DNA from: a virus
Reading direction: 5' to 3' (one strand)
IMG/VR virus record: IMGVR_UViG_3300043449_002510
Span: 32,001-96,000 of that record
Length of the DNA stretch: 64,000 bases
The notes under the pieces were generated by a model. The model was not told the origin of the DNA. It saw nothing but the letters and a program-made list of their open reading frames with translations, and did no database searches. The stretch's first letter is position 1. Every line of letters begins with the position of its first letter. Made by a program: the position numbers and the translations under genes. Positions 29,445 through 40,446 of the stretch are shown here, piece by piece.

Positions 29445-32375
29445 ATGAATAAGGATGTATTTTTAAATTGTTTGTCATATACTGGAATTAATACAGGAAT
29501 TTCAGTAATGGGTCTTTATTCTTTTTCTAGTGGTCTTTCTGGAGCTTGTTTCAATCAATTGTATTCATCTGGATATAATTATTTTAGTGGATTGCCGTAT
29601 GAAGGCGCTCTTCCATTAATTTATAATGGGGCTGGAAATCAAACTAGTGGTATTTTTTCTTCTAATCAGTCGTATCATATACCAATAAAAAATTTTAATA
29701 GTTTTGGTGCTTTAATTTCTTTAAATCATAGTGGCTGTTTAAATACTGGAAATACTAATTTAGTTTTATTCTCTACTGTTTCTGATTTCTCAGGAATAAA
29801 TTCTGGGATAGTATTGGGAATTACTCCTTCTAATAGGTTGTTTTTAAATGCTTCTGGATATCTTTCGACCATTTCAGAAGAAATAACTCCAAATGATTTT
29901 GTTTTCGTTAGTTTAGAAGAGAAAAGATTTGTTAATTTTGGAATATTTAACATAAAACATAATGAATTTTATAAAAAATCTTATGATTATAATTCTTCAG
30001 ATTTAATTATTGAGAAATTGTATTTTGGAGGGGTTTTGAAATATCCTTCTATTTATACGGGTTATTCTGGAAAATTAAATGAAATTTATTTTTTTAGTGG
30101 AGCTATAGATGATTTTTTGTTTAACTCTTGTATTGATTGCACTTATGCAACCGGATATTCTTATTCGCAATCAATAGATATTTTTAATCAAGTAAAAATA
30201 ACAGGTTCTTTCTGGAGTGGAATAAAAGAAACAAGAATTACTGGAAGCAAAAAAACAACGGGCACTTTTTTAAAAACCGATGGTTCAACTGGTAATTTTT
30301 ATTATGATTCTGGCTTAAGTGGAAGTGTAGAAGTTTATCAAAACTTATTTCCCGGAACAGGAATAGAAAATTTATATATAACAGGTAGTGGTATAGATTT
30401 TTATTTTGATTCTAGTAAAAAAATTTCTCAAACAAGTTTTGATTTATTTTTTGATCTGGGGTTAGATTCTGGAGATGTTCTGGAAATTTATACATATAAA
30501 AATTTTAATCCTAATGTTAACTTAAATATTATTGACGATTTTTTCCCATCTACAGATAATTATGTTCAATTATTTGCCAACGGTTTGGCCGAAACGAAGG
30601 ATGGAGAAAGTCAATATTTTTCAGATTTTTATACTGGTTTTAATAATAAAATTTATAATTTTGATTCGCAAGATATTCTTTCTTGTGATTTTACTACTGG
30701 AAATTCTATAACTATTCCTTACAATAATCAAGGTTGCATTACTGGTGAAGCCACTTCAAGCGAAGTGATTGATATATATCAAATAAACGCCTATCCCTTC
30801 TTCCCAGAGGTAAGTAGCGAAGAAGAAATTCCTCCTTTTATTTACGATCTTTATTTGAATGGCAAAAAATTAATAAGTGGTTTAGACTATATTATAACTG
30901 GAGTTCCGGGGGGTATTGATGGTTGGTCTAATCATATTTATCTTTCTGGAGATAATAGTTTGTTATTTAATTTAGAAAATCCTCAAGAATTTAAATTAGT
31001 TATATCTCAACCAAATTATGTAAGAAATTTATTTTATATAACTAAAGATACTCATTATTTAACTGGTTTGTCTGGATTTTCAGAGCAAATTTGGAAAAAT
31101 GGTATTCGTCAAAAAAATAAAATAGACTATTATATAAAGAATTCTTGTAATTTTTATTCTGGAGAATATTTAGATCCAAACTATTCTTTCCAATTATTAA
31201 ATTCTACAAATTCGTTTATTAATGATTTTACAAGTTTAGGTAATTATGTTTATAGAAATGCTCAACAACAAATAGAATCATTGACTCAAAATTCATCTGT
31301 TGATACGAAGAAAATTTTTTCAAATACTGATTTTATTAATTATGAAACTCAAACTTCTTTGCCTTCATGCGTTTTTAGTGGAAGTGGAGTAAATAAAAAT
31401 TTATACGTAACAAATATAAGCTCTGGAACAATAAAGAGTGGAATGTTTATATATGGGGCAAATTATCAAAATCAAATTATAACAGGATTTGTCCAAGGAA
31501 CCTATGGAAATACCGGTTTATATTCAACAAATACATCAGATAACTTTTCTCAAAAATTATTGACTGGCTATTCTATTCCAAATTTTGAAAGAAATACTGG
31601 TTGTTGGGTTTATCCTCTTGGAAAAGAATTGACATGTATCAGCCCATGGAATTCTCACAATTTATTTGAATCAAATACTAGAACTTGCACTTTAATAACT
31701 CCACAACATGTATTATGCGCCACTCACTTTCCACCAAATTCTGCCGGAAATACAATTGTTTTTGTAACGGAAGATAATCAAATAATTACAAGAAAAGTCG
31801 TAGATAATTCTTATGTCCAAAATTTCATGAGTGATTTACTTGTTATTTTGTTAGATTCTCCATTGCCAGATTCAATAAAACCATGTCTTTTATTACCTTC
31901 TAATTATTTAAATTATTTAAATTTTAAACCTATTATTAGTAACATTCAATATAGTTATAAACATACTTCTCCGGAAGTTTGCGGTCTTTTTTTAGACAAG
32001 CAAAAACAAGCCAATATAGGCGCTATGGAATTCGGTTTTAAATTAGATGGTGTTAATATAATAAGTAATGGAACAAGAACCGTTAGAATAATAGATTCAG
32101 AAAATGAACTTTTGAAATCTTTTTATGAACAAGTTATTGTTGGAGACTCTGGTAGCCCTCTTTTTCTTATAATAAATGGAAAACTGTGCTTGTTAACTAC
32201 ATTTAAAGATCCTGGAGGTGGACATTTGGTGGGAGATTATATTTCTTATATTAATTCCGCTATAGCAACACTAAAAATAGAAAATCCAGATTGGATTTCT
32301 ACTGATTATACAGTTACAGAATTTGACTTTTCTGAATTTGATAAACGAAATAATTATCCATTTTTTTATCCTTAA
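29445..32375 (+). CDS. Tail protein with an N-terminal LamG-like region and a C-terminal trypsin-fold serine protease
   Basis: YSGKLNEIYFFSG LamG-like strand; triad motifs TLITPQHVLCATH (His, 31725), SDLLVILLD (Asp, 31833) and VGDSGSPLF (Ser, 32148). Confidence 0.8.
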   Translation: MNKDVFLNCLSYTGINTGISVMGLYSFSSGLSGACFNQLYSSGYNYFSGLPYEGALPLIYNGAGNQTSGIFSSNQSYHIPIKNFNSFGALISLNHSGCLNTGNTNLVLFSTVSDFSGINSGIVLGITPSNRLFLNASGYLSTISEEITPNDFVFVSLEEKRFVNFGIFNIKHNEFYKKSYDYNSSDLIIEKLYFGGVLKYPSIYTGYSGKLNEIYFFSGAIDDFLFNSCIDCTYATGYSYSQSIDIFNQVKITGSFWSGIKETRITGSKKTTGTFLKTDGSTGNFYYDSGLSGSVEVYQNLFPGTGIENLYITGSGIDFYFDSSKKISQTSFDLFFDLGLDSGDVLEIYTYKNFNPNVNLNIIDDFFPSTDNYVQLFANGLAETKDGESQYFSDFYTGFNNKIYNFDSQDILSCDFTTGNSITIPYNNQGCITGEATSSEVIDIYQINAYPFFPEVSSEEEIPPFIYDLYLNGKKLISGLDYIITGVPGGIDGWSNHIYLSGDNSLLFNLENPQEFKLVISQPNYVRNLFYITKDTHYLTGLSGFSEQIWKNGIRQKNKIDYYIKNSCNFYSGEYLDPNYSFQLLNSTNSFINDFTSLGNYVYRNAQQQIESLTQNSSVDTKKIFSNTDFINYETQTSLPSCVFSGSGVNKNLYVTNISSGTIKSGMFIYGANYQNQIITGFVQGTYGNTGLYSTNTSDNFSQKLLTGYSIPNFERNTGCWVYPLGKELTCISPWNSHNLFESNTRTCTLITPQHVLCATHFPPNSAGNTIVFVTEDNQIITRKVVDNSYVQNFMSDLLVILLDSPLPDSIKPCLLLPSNYLNYLNFKPIISNIQYSYKHTSPEVCGLFLDKQKQANIGAMEFGFKLDGVNIISNGTRTVRIIDSENELLKSFYEQVIVGDSGSPLFLIINGKLCLLTTFKDPGGGHLVGDYISYINSAIATLKIENPDWISTDYTVTEFDFSEFDKRNNYPFFYP

Positions 32376-32393
32376 TTCCAAATATAATAATAT

Positions 32394-35300
32394 ATGATTC
32401 AAAAATTGCAAGGAGTTAAAATAACGCCAAGGGGCAGTGATAATAGATTTGTTAAACAAAACTGGCCTAATTCATACGCTTTTGGTGGGTGGATTTATAG
32501 CGCTAATGTTTCTATTGGTTATAATGATAATCCAACAGAAATTAGAATGAGTATAGTTTTAGAAACCTCTACCTTTTCTCAATCTGCTGCGAAATTTGAC
32601 ATACTTGAATCTGATTTGCGTTGTGATGCCGGAAATGGAGGCTTAAATAATGAAACATGGTTTGATATAGATCTAGAAGGTTTACTTTTTAAAAATTTTC
32701 TTCTTTATCAATACGATTTTTCAATAGAATCAAATCAAAAAATTTTAAATATATTATTTAAAGATTATTCTATTCTTTTAGATAAAATTTATATCGGTCT
32801 TTATAAAAAACAAAGTTATAAAGAAAATTTTATAAAAAGTGCTAAATGCGAAATTAATTTACCAATCAGATGTCAAGATTGCGAATATAATGGATCTGCA
32901 ATTATTGGAACTGGAAGTGCATATAGAGACATCGGCTTTGCTTCTTACGCCGGAGTAAACGGGAAAATTTTTGATAATTTTAGTAATTTTTATTATGGAG
33001 CTGGAAATGTTTATGATGCTTGGAATCAATTAATTTCTAATACTGGAGTTGGCCCTGGAAAATTTGATTTAAATGGTGGTTATTTAATTATCGGTACAGA
33101 AAGCGCAACTGAAGAAAGGTGTAATTCTTCTCCAAACATAACTTATAGTTTCATAGAGCTGTTAGCTTCTTTAAGAAAAAATGGAATGAAATTCATAGGT
33201 TCTTTTCCGACTGGGTTAGTCGATTCTGATTTTATTTACAGAGCAAATCATATAGGTTCATTAAGAGAAGTGTTACAAAATTGGTGTTCTGATTTGGGTT
33301 ATACTTTTTATTGTAGTGGTAGAAGTTTTGTTGGAATTGACTTAAAAAATCCGATAGATATTTCTAATATAGCAAATATTGCGGATCCAACAACTAATTT
33401 AGGTAAATATTTTGTTATAAATAATCGCAATACAGAAATAGGTGGTTCAGATACCAATAGTGCAATTTTATCTTTCAAATCTTCTTTTTCTTTGGATAAT
33501 ACTTTTAAACAATCTGTAATAGTAGAAAATAGTTATCCTACAACAGAGTCAAACACTTCAAAAACTGTCAAAAGATATGTGGGGATTACTCCATTACATC
33601 CAATATCTTTAAATCAATACGATAGAGATAATATTGCAGATTCAAATATTTATGGAGAACCATTTATTAGGCCACGCTTTGATATAAAATGGTATGATAA
33701 TCAATATGTAAATGGAGATTCTCTTTACGCAAATTTTGAAATGTTAGATGGTAGAAGTTATTATGATGTTGATGCTGCTATAGCTTTATCAAATTATAAT
33801 GATGTATTAAGAGATTTATTTGTAGCTCAAAGAGTTTTGTATAACGTTAGATCATTAAATGCTAGCGAGACAGATTCTTTAGCGAATCCGTATTGTTTAG
33901 CTAATTTTAATGCCTTGGGAATGTTTCCAATTTTAGAAATAGACGATAGTCAAATCAAAGCTGATATAATTACAGACTATTTTAGTAATGGAGAAAAAGA
34001 TGACGTTTCTAATTTAAATATGGAATCCGAATATTTTCGAGTTTTTGTTGGTTTTTATAACGAAGACTTAAAAAACGAAATCGTTTCATGGGAAAAAAAT
34101 GCGGCTAATTCTATGTATAAATATGGAGTAGTAACTAATGGGCCTTTGAGATATGCACCTTATGTTTCTCCAGATGTTTTAAGTGATGTTTCTCCAACTC
34201 TTGGTTTTTATGGTAAAGATGGATTGATATATAATAGAATAAAAAATAACTTTACTCCTTCTGCTGATAGATATGCGAGTGTAAAATATACTCCATTCTT
34301 AGACGTTTTACTTTATGATGGTTTAGTCAGAAGTTCTAGCGAAGGAATTTATCCTGAAAATAATCCAAATTATCCAGAGTTTGTTCCACCCGGTTATTCT
34401 ATTTCTTCAGCAAGAATCCCAACTGGTTTATGGATTGCTGCATTGGAAAACGATTGGGGAACTTCAAAGCAAGAATTTGACAAAGCTCTTTCTTTTAATT
34501 TTGATGATGAATGCGCTTCTCAATATTCTTTGGATCAAACAGTATCTCAAATTGTTACTGCGAGCGATAGAAATGCCCAAGATTGGAATTTAAATTATTT
34601 CAAACCAATAGCTAGTCCAAATTTAGAAAAGATAAGTGATATCATTGAAAGCGATTTGTATAATTTTGATTCAGTCTTAGATAATGTAATAACAACTTAT
34701 ACTGATTTTCATTGGGTAGAAAAAAAACATTGTCAAAAATTACATGTATTAATAATTCCAGATACAACAAGACACCCGAATTTAAATATTTCCTTTGCTA
34801 AAAATGGTATCAATAAAGTTAATGGGCAAGTTTTAGAACAATTTAAACAAAAACTTTACAACAAAGACCAAGAAAAGAAAGTTACAAAAACTCCAAGTAT
34901 TTGTTCTTTAGGAGTTTTAGAAGAGATGTGCAGAAATGTTTTAAGTGGAAATACCTCTTCAAATTTTAAAAACTTAGACGGTAGCAAGTTATATACTTAT
35001 CAAGTTGGGTGCGCAATTTTTGAAGATAAAGATAATTACTTTTTAGATGGCTTTGATAGCAACCTTTTGTATTCTCCTAATTCAAGAAGTTTAAGTATAA
35101 CAATTAGTAAAAATCCGGGGGGGTACAACGAAATAGGCCATTCTGTTGATGATAATGGAGATTATTATTATGAAGATTTAGATTTGGGGATATTAGAAAT
35201 TAAAAGCAATTCGGCTACTTTAGATATTGTATATCCAATACAATCTAATGCAGGTTCTGCAAATTATTATGGTATTTTATCAACTGAAGTTTCAACAGAT

Positions 35301-35768
35301 ATTCGTCTTCCAGCTTTTACTCAAGTATACGGAGAACCAGTTAATACAACGAACAATAATGTTTCTTCTTTTAAGATAATAAATAACATAACTGATAATT
35401 CTTTAAATCCAAAATTAGATCCTTATAGTAATCAAGTTAAATCTTATATGACTGTAATAACTGGAGGGGGGTCGGATACTATTATCACTACGCCTGATCA
35501 ATATTATAATTATGTTAAAAATTTAAATAACTATAATCTTGAAACACCAATGAAAACGGTTGAAGTTACTTTGGCTGGGCCTCCAAATCAATTCGGTAAT
35601 TTTATTAAATATTTAAACCCGTCTTATGGATTAAACCAATTGTCTCTTTCTATTTCTGATAATGGAGTCAAAACTTCGCTTTCTTTTTCTGATAGACCAA
35701 AAACATTACCGAAACAAGAAGCAATTTTAAATAACATAGGACCAAGAATTAAGGGTAATTATAATTAA
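32394..35768 (+). CDS. Putative baseplate hub/central tail-tip protein
   Basis: 1124 aa; hub-like GSLREVLQNWCSDLGYTFY segment and C-terminal LSLSISDNGVKTSLSF strands; context. Confidence 0.5.
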   Translation: MIQKLQGVKITPRGSDNRFVKQNWPNSYAFGGWIYSANVSIGYNDNPTEIRMSIVLETSTFSQSAAKFDILESDLRCDAGNGGLNNETWFDIDLEGLLFKNFLLYQYDFSIESNQKILNILFKDYSILLDKIYIGLYKKQSYKENFIKSAKCEINLPIRCQDCEYNGSAIIGTGSAYRDIGFASYAGVNGKIFDNFSNFYYGAGNVYDAWNQLISNTGVGPGKFDLNGGYLIIGTESATEERCNSSPNITYSFIELLASLRKNGMKFIGSFPTGLVDSDFIYRANHIGSLREVLQNWCSDLGYTFYCSGRSFVGIDLKNPIDISNIANIADPTTNLGKYFVINNRNTEIGGSDTNSAILSFKSSFSLDNTFKQSVIVENSYPTTESNTSKTVKRYVGITPLHPISLNQYDRDNIADSNIYGEPFIRPRFDIKWYDNQYVNGDSLYANFEMLDGRSYYDVDAAIALSNYNDVLRDLFVAQRVLYNVRSLNASETDSLANPYCLANFNALGMFPILEIDDSQIKADIITDYFSNGEKDDVSNLNMESEYFRVFVGFYNEDLKNEIVSWEKNAANSMYKYGVVTNGPLRYAPYVSPDVLSDVSPTLGFYGKDGLIYNRIKNNFTPSADRYASVKYTPFLDVLLYDGLVRSSSEGIYPENNPNYPEFVPPGYSISSARIPTGLWIAALENDWGTSKQEFDKALSFNFDDECASQYSLDQTVSQIVTASDRNAQDWNLNYFKPIASPNLEKISDIIESDLYNFDSVLDNVITTYTDFHWVEKKHCQKLHVLIIPDTTRHPNLNISFAKNGINKVNGQVLEQFKQKLYNKDQEKKVTKTPSICSLGVLEEMCRNVLSGNTSSNFKNLDGSKLYTYQVGCAIFEDKDNYFLDGFDSNLLYSPNSRSLSITISKNPGGYNEIGHSVDDNGDYYYEDLDLGILEIKSNSATLDIVYPIQSNAGSANYYGILSTEVSTDIRLPAFTQVYGEPVNTTNNNVSSFKIINNITDNSLNPKLDPYSNQVKSYMTVITGGGSDTIITTPDQYYNYVKNLNNYNLETPMKTVEVTLAGPPNQFGNFIKYLNPSYGLNQLSLSISDNGVKTSLSFSDRPKTLPKQEAILNNIGPRIKGNYN

Positions 35769-35769
35769 T

Positions 35770-37554
35770 ATGCAATTTTCAGAAAAAACTATTTTTTATG
35801 ATCTTCCTCAAGTAGAAAATTTTTCTTTCTGCATTAGTGGAATTTCAATTTTTGATATGTCTGACGTATCATTTTCGTTTTTTGATACTGGTTCTGGCTC
35901 ATTTTCTTTTAATTTAAAAAGTGGTTTATTATACGCAGACAAACTGGTATATACTTATAATACTCAAGAAAAAATTGATATTTATGGTTATACGAAAAGT
36001 GGAGATATAATTTATAAAATAAATGATGTAGCAGGAAAAATAACGGGAAAATTTTCTAAATTAGACAAGCTTTCTATAGATTTATTTGGCGAGCCCATTT
36101 ATTGTGATATTTATATAAATTCTTATCCTATAAATTATAATTTATCTGTTCTACCTAACTATTCTTTAAGTGGTACATTATCTGGCTCATTAATATCTGA
36201 TGCAAAATTTAATGTAAAAGATTATTCTTTATTGTTTTATAATTCAAATATAAACCTTCTTTCTGGAGAAAGTAATTTAACTGGCAAAGTTCTTGTTGGA
36301 GAAAAAGCTATTTCTTTTAAAGATATCGATCCTTCTAATTTTGAATACACAAATCCTTTTGTAATAACTCTGAATACTGTATTTGGAGGAATACAAAAAA
36401 GTGTTTCTTCTTATAGAGGAGATTTTTATAATAGAAATACTTTTTCTTTAAACGGAAATTTAATTAATGATTATGAAAAATCATTATTATTCGATGGGTC
36501 TTGGGAGGGAAATAAATTTACTTATTCTAAAACAAATCAAAATTATAATTTAAATTATTCTTTTCAAAGTTTAGATTATGTTGGAACAGTTTTATCAACT
36601 TCAGTATCAGCAAAATTTGAACCAATTTTTCCAATTAACAATTCTTATTACAAGTCTGAATATGTAACTGGATTTATTCTTACAAATTCCGGAATTTATT
36701 CGGGACAAAAACCAACTGCAGAATTTTCAAAATACTATTATGTGGAAGGTGTTAGTCAACCATTTCAAAATTTACTTTTTAGTTCTGGTTGCGGAGACTC
36801 TATTTTAATAAATTATATTGGAAATTCAACTGGGCAAGCTAGCGGGTATTTAACAGCTAGAAATGTATATATTAGTGGCATCTATGGAGAAGGAGTAAAT
36901 CTTTATAAAGGAATATTTAAATATACTTCTTATAGTAATGGGTCTGGTTATACAGAGGCTCCTTTAATTTCTTGGGGGACTGGTGGGGGTTGTTTTAGTT
37001 TGGCCGATGTTTCTGGAGAAAAAGGTCAATTTAAAAAAATAAATGGAACTAAAGCTAATGTAATCTCTCACGCAGATTATTTAGCTGGAACTGTATTAAC
37101 TGAGGATTTAATAAGTGGGTCTTATGTTACTGGATATAAAGTATCTGGATTAAAAATAACAAACATTGGATCTGGATATAACTCCACCTTTCCTCCAAAA
37201 GTTACTTTCATAAGATTTAATGGAGATTCTTTAAATAATAATGCATCTGGAGTTTTAAATTACAAACAGAGTGGTTTATATAATTTTACTGGATCTTGGT
37301 CTGTTAATTATAATTTATTAGACTCGGATAATTATAATTTAAGTGGTTATTCTAATTATTATTCTGGAGATATTGTGTTGCCTTCTGGAAAAAATATTAT
37401 TAATTTTAATATAAATTTATCTGGTTTAGATAACACGAGCCCTATATCTGGATTGTTTACTTTGAAAATGGGATATGGGTCAAATGAAAAAATAATACAA
37501 AATTACATTTATAATGATAGATCTTATAATTCAAATACTGGAGCTTTAAATTAA
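35770..37554 (+). CDS. Virion structural protein, S/T-G rich
   Basis: 594 aa with NGSGYTEAP and ITNIGSGYNSTFPPKVT motifs common in phage structural proteins. Confidence 0.6.
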   Translation: MQFSEKTIFYDLPQVENFSFCISGISIFDMSDVSFSFFDTGSGSFSFNLKSGLLYADKLVYTYNTQEKIDIYGYTKSGDIIYKINDVAGKITGKFSKLDKLSIDLFGEPIYCDIYINSYPINYNLSVLPNYSLSGTLSGSLISDAKFNVKDYSLLFYNSNINLLSGESNLTGKVLVGEKAISFKDIDPSNFEYTNPFVITLNTVFGGIQKSVSSYRGDFYNRNTFSLNGNLINDYEKSLLFDGSWEGNKFTYSKTNQNYNLNYSFQSLDYVGTVLSTSVSAKFEPIFPINNSYYKSEYVTGFILTNSGIYSGQKPTAEFSKYYYVEGVSQPFQNLLFSSGCGDSILINYIGNSTGQASGYLTARNVYISGIYGEGVNLYKGIFKYTSYSNGSGYTEAPLISWGTGGGCFSLADVSGEKGQFKKINGTKANVISHADYLAGTVLTEDLISGSYVTGYKVSGLKITNIGSGYNSTFPPKVTFIRFNGDSLNNNASGVLNYKQSGLYNFTGSWSVNYNLLDSDNYNLSGYSNYYSGDIVLPSGKNIINFNINLSGLDNTSPISGLFTLKMGYGSNEKIIQNYIYNDRSYNSNTGALN

Positions 37555-37555
37555 T

Positions 37556-38482
37556 ATGCCATCAACATCTAAAACAATAGAAGAAATAAAGAAAACAAAT
37601 AAAAATATTAAAGATCAAAATAGTGTTTATGATGCATTTGTTTTAGCTAACTATGGCGATCCCGGATTAGATGAAGATTATTTTGCAGATATTCACAGTA
37701 GGTATCTTATATGTATATTAGATTCGCCATTAAGGCTTTTTAGTTATGATCGCTGGTATGTAAAAATGACTGTATTGGTGAAAAGACCAGAGCAATTATG
37801 GATAGACTATGAAGGGGATTTTTTAAATTCTCCATCTTCACAAAAAAGAAAAGATTATTCTTATAATATTAATTCTGGACCCGCTGGCTCTTATGTCGTT
37901 GATAATATACCGAGAATAAATTATCCTTACGAAATTGGTGAAAAAATTAAAATAAAAAATACTTCTCCTCAAGATATTTTCTATTCAAAAACTCCAGTAG
38001 AACTTTTTGAAAGCAATCTTTTGTATAAAACATGGCACAAAAAAGGCGCTGACAAATTAAATTTTTATACTTTAGATAATCCTATAGAAAATTATTTAAA
38101 TACTAGAACAATTTACCCAATTGAAAAAATAAATGATTCATTAAGTAATTATGGGGTATTTTTTAATAAATATCAATATGAAGCAATGATTTTGAATTTA
38201 TTAAATAATTCTTTTTTAAGAAATTTTTTCAAAGGTTTAAATACAGAAGCATTTTTTAATAATGCTCATGGTGGATATTTTTTTAGAAGAGAAGCGGCTA
38301 CTCCAGCTATTAGTTTTAAAAAATTAATATACGAAGATGTAAACGTCGGTGGAAAAGCAAGAATTGCTTCAAATAGCTGTCTCCCTTTGGTTGTAACGTC
38401 TCCAAACTCTTTTGCGACACCCAAAGTAAGAGAAGGTGGAGTTATAAATTATAACCCCACCTATATTCCTTATACAAATTAG
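37556..38482 (+). CDS. Hypothetical protein, last gene of the tail cluster
   Basis: 308-aa ORF, 1 nt after the previous stop. Confidence 0.65.
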   Translation: MPSTSKTIEEIKKTNKNIKDQNSVYDAFVLANYGDPGLDEDYFADIHSRYLICILDSPLRLFSYDRWYVKMTVLVKRPEQLWIDYEGDFLNSPSSQKRKDYSYNINSGPAGSYVVDNIPRINYPYEIGEKIKIKNTSPQDIFYSKTPVELFESNLLYKTWHKKGADKLNFYTLDNPIENYLNTRTIYPIEKINDSLSNYGVFFNKYQYEAMILNLLNNSFLRNFFKGLNTEAFFNNAHGGYFFRREAATPAISFKKLIYEDVNVGGKARIASNSCLPLVVTSPNSFATPKVREGGVINYNPTYIPYTN

Positions 38483-38495
38483 TAGTAAATAAAAA

Positions 38496-39224
38496 TTATT
38501 TTTTATTAACTTTCTTTTTTATTCTCTCTATTAATTCAAATTGCTTGAATTTGGGGATATCAGAAATCGATTCTAATGAGCCCGCATTATCAAAATTTTC
38601 TTCGATTAATTTATCTTTAATTTTTTGAAATGAAATTCCGTGTTTTTTCATTAATTCTTCAAGAATATTTGAAGAAGTATCCTCTATCGTTTGCTCAGAC
38701 ACAGAAGGGGCCATCTCGTCTTGACCAGTAATGTTGATTTTTAAGAAATTCCGTACGCAACGAATAAAAGCTCGATTTTCAGCTATTGGTCCAAGAAAAT
38801 TTTTACCAAAACTTGTCGTATTAAATGGACTAGCGTCACCTATTGCACTAAATGTAATTGCCTTATTCTCTGTCTCAAAATTAGGATTCCAAGTTATTTT
38901 GCAAACGACGGCGATATAATCTCCAGCTGGAGAATCAATCTGATATTCTACGGATTGATAACCTCTAATTTGAGCTAATTCTTTAATTCCGCCAAGTAAA
39001 ATTAAAAGATCCTTGTCTTCAAGACCATCTATGTTTTTAGGCACAGCTTTTCCAAACTTTTCAAAATTTTGTTTATTTGGAACAAGATATTTTGGATTTA
39101 TCATTCTTCTCCAATCTACAAGACCTTCTGAAGTATAAGAATATTTTACTGATCCATTGTTGATTAATCCATACTCATTTCTGGTGACAAAAATACTTGG
39201 GATAAAAGAATTGTTTTGACTCAT
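38496..39224 (-). CDS. Putative Rad52/Sak-like single-strand annealing protein
   Basis: AVVCKITW...FSAIGDAS...IAENRAFIRCVRNFLKI resembles the Rad52-fold core; has its own sigma70-like promoter. Confidence 0.5.
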   Translation of the reverse strand: MSQNNSFIPSIFVTRNEYGLINNGSVKYSYTSEGLVDWRRMINPKYLVPNKQNFEKFGKAVPKNIDGLEDKDLLILLGGIKELAQIRGYQSVEYQIDSPAGDYIAVVCKITWNPNFETENKAITFSAIGDASPFNTTSFGKNFLGPIAENRAFIRCVRNFLKINITGQDEMAPSVSEQTIEDTSSNILEELMKKHGISFQKIKDKLIEENFDNAGSLESISDIPKFKQFELIERIKKKVNKK

Positions 39225-39230
39225 TTTCTA

Positions 39231-39258
39231 ATGATAGAACTTTTTCTAAAAAAGTCAA
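39231..39258 (-). promoter_or_regulatory. Sigma70-like promoter TTGACT-N16-TATCAT, 6 nt before the ATG
   Basis: + strand agtcaa at 39253-39258 and atgata at 39231-39236; same architecture at 56708-56735. Confidence 0.7.
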
Positions 39259-40439
39259 GTATTTATTTTGACTATAGTATAAAATTCTATATTTTCCCAA
39301 AACTCAGGAGAATCAATTACTTTTTGATATTCAACTGTATTTTCTAATGGAAAATCTTTGTTTTTCGCAGCTAGACTATAATACATTTTATTATTAGAAG
39401 ACGTTATTTTAGAAGATTTATAATATAATTTATTTAAGTCTTTTTTCAATTCCTCCACTTTCTCTTGATGATTTGGAGAAATTTTATTTATAGAGCCAAA
39501 TTCATAATAATTTATTTTTTCTTTTTTTAAATCTTCTTCGTTCATTTCAGAGACCAAATGAATATTTAATCCTATTCCTCTTGCTTTTTCCAAAAATTTT
39601 ATATTATTATTTTTTGTAATTTTAAAGACTATCAAATTTATATGGCTTTTAAATTTTTCAAGAATATTTAAATTAATTTCTTTGTCAGTTATGAGGATGA
39701 CTTTTTTATAATTTGAAAGTTGAAAATCAAAACTTTCTTCGTCATATTCATGATCAACTTTTATTTCAACTAATGTTTCTGGATGAAAAAGAATGCTTTT
39801 GTGATTTGGAATTACTTCTTGGATTCTATGATTACCGTATTTTTGTCCACAAAAAACTGTTTCAAAAGGTATTTTGAAATTTATTTTTAATAATTCAAAT
39901 ATAGCGTTAGCGATTTGTTCTGGTTTAATTGAATTTATTGATTTTGGATTTTCTTGAGAATTAAAAGAAGCTTTTCCATTTCCCACATTTTTAAAACTTT
40001 CAAAAACTTTTTGTATATTTTTATTTCCAAAATAAGAGCCGGTATTTTCTTTATATGTGATGCTATTGATTGAAACTGCGGGTACATTTTCTGCACCAGC
40101 TATATGGAATTCCAATCCATCATTTCCAAAAATTAACATTGAGTTACTTATTAAATAAGAAATTTGATTTACAGAAGCTTGTCCACAAATATTTATAATT
40201 TTATTATAAATAGTATTGTTTTTTGGACCAACTTGCAATATTTTAATATTCTCCTTTTCAAGAATTGGGAAAATCATATCTATCACATCTTGAAAATAAT
40301 TATACTCTTTGCTTGGGGATTTTGCGTTTGGAGCAAAAATAATAAATTTTTCAAATGGAATTGGAAAAAAGTTTTTATAAACAAAAGGTTTGTCTATTTT
40401 TGCGCCACAGTTTAACGAATAAGATTCTAAAATATGCAT
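39255..40439 (-). CDS. GT9 (heptosyltransferase-like) glycosyltransferase C-terminal domain plus an unknown domain
   Basis: FAPNAKSPSKEYNYFQDVI...ILQVG...NICGQASVNQISYLISNSMLIFGNDGLEFHIAGAENVP matches the GT9 C-terminal Rossmann pattern. Confidence 0.7.
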   Translation of the reverse strand: MHILESYSLNCGAKIDKPFVYKNFFPIPFEKFIIFAPNAKSPSKEYNYFQDVIDMIFPILEKENIKILQVGPKNNTIYNKIINICGQASVNQISYLISNSMLIFGNDGLEFHIAGAENVPAVSINSITYKENTGSYFGNKNIQKVFESFKNVGNGKASFNSQENPKSINSIKPEQIANAIFELLKINFKIPFETVFCGQKYGNHRIQEVIPNHKSILFHPETLVEIKVDHEYDEESFDFQLSNYKKVILITDKEINLNILEKFKSHINLIVFKITKNNNIKFLEKARGIGLNIHLVSEMNEEDLKKEKINYYEFGSINKISPNHQEKVEELKKDLNKLYYKSSKITSSNNKMYYSLAAKNKDFPLENTVEYQKVIDSPEFWENIEFYTIVKINT

Positions 40440-40446
40440 AATTAAA

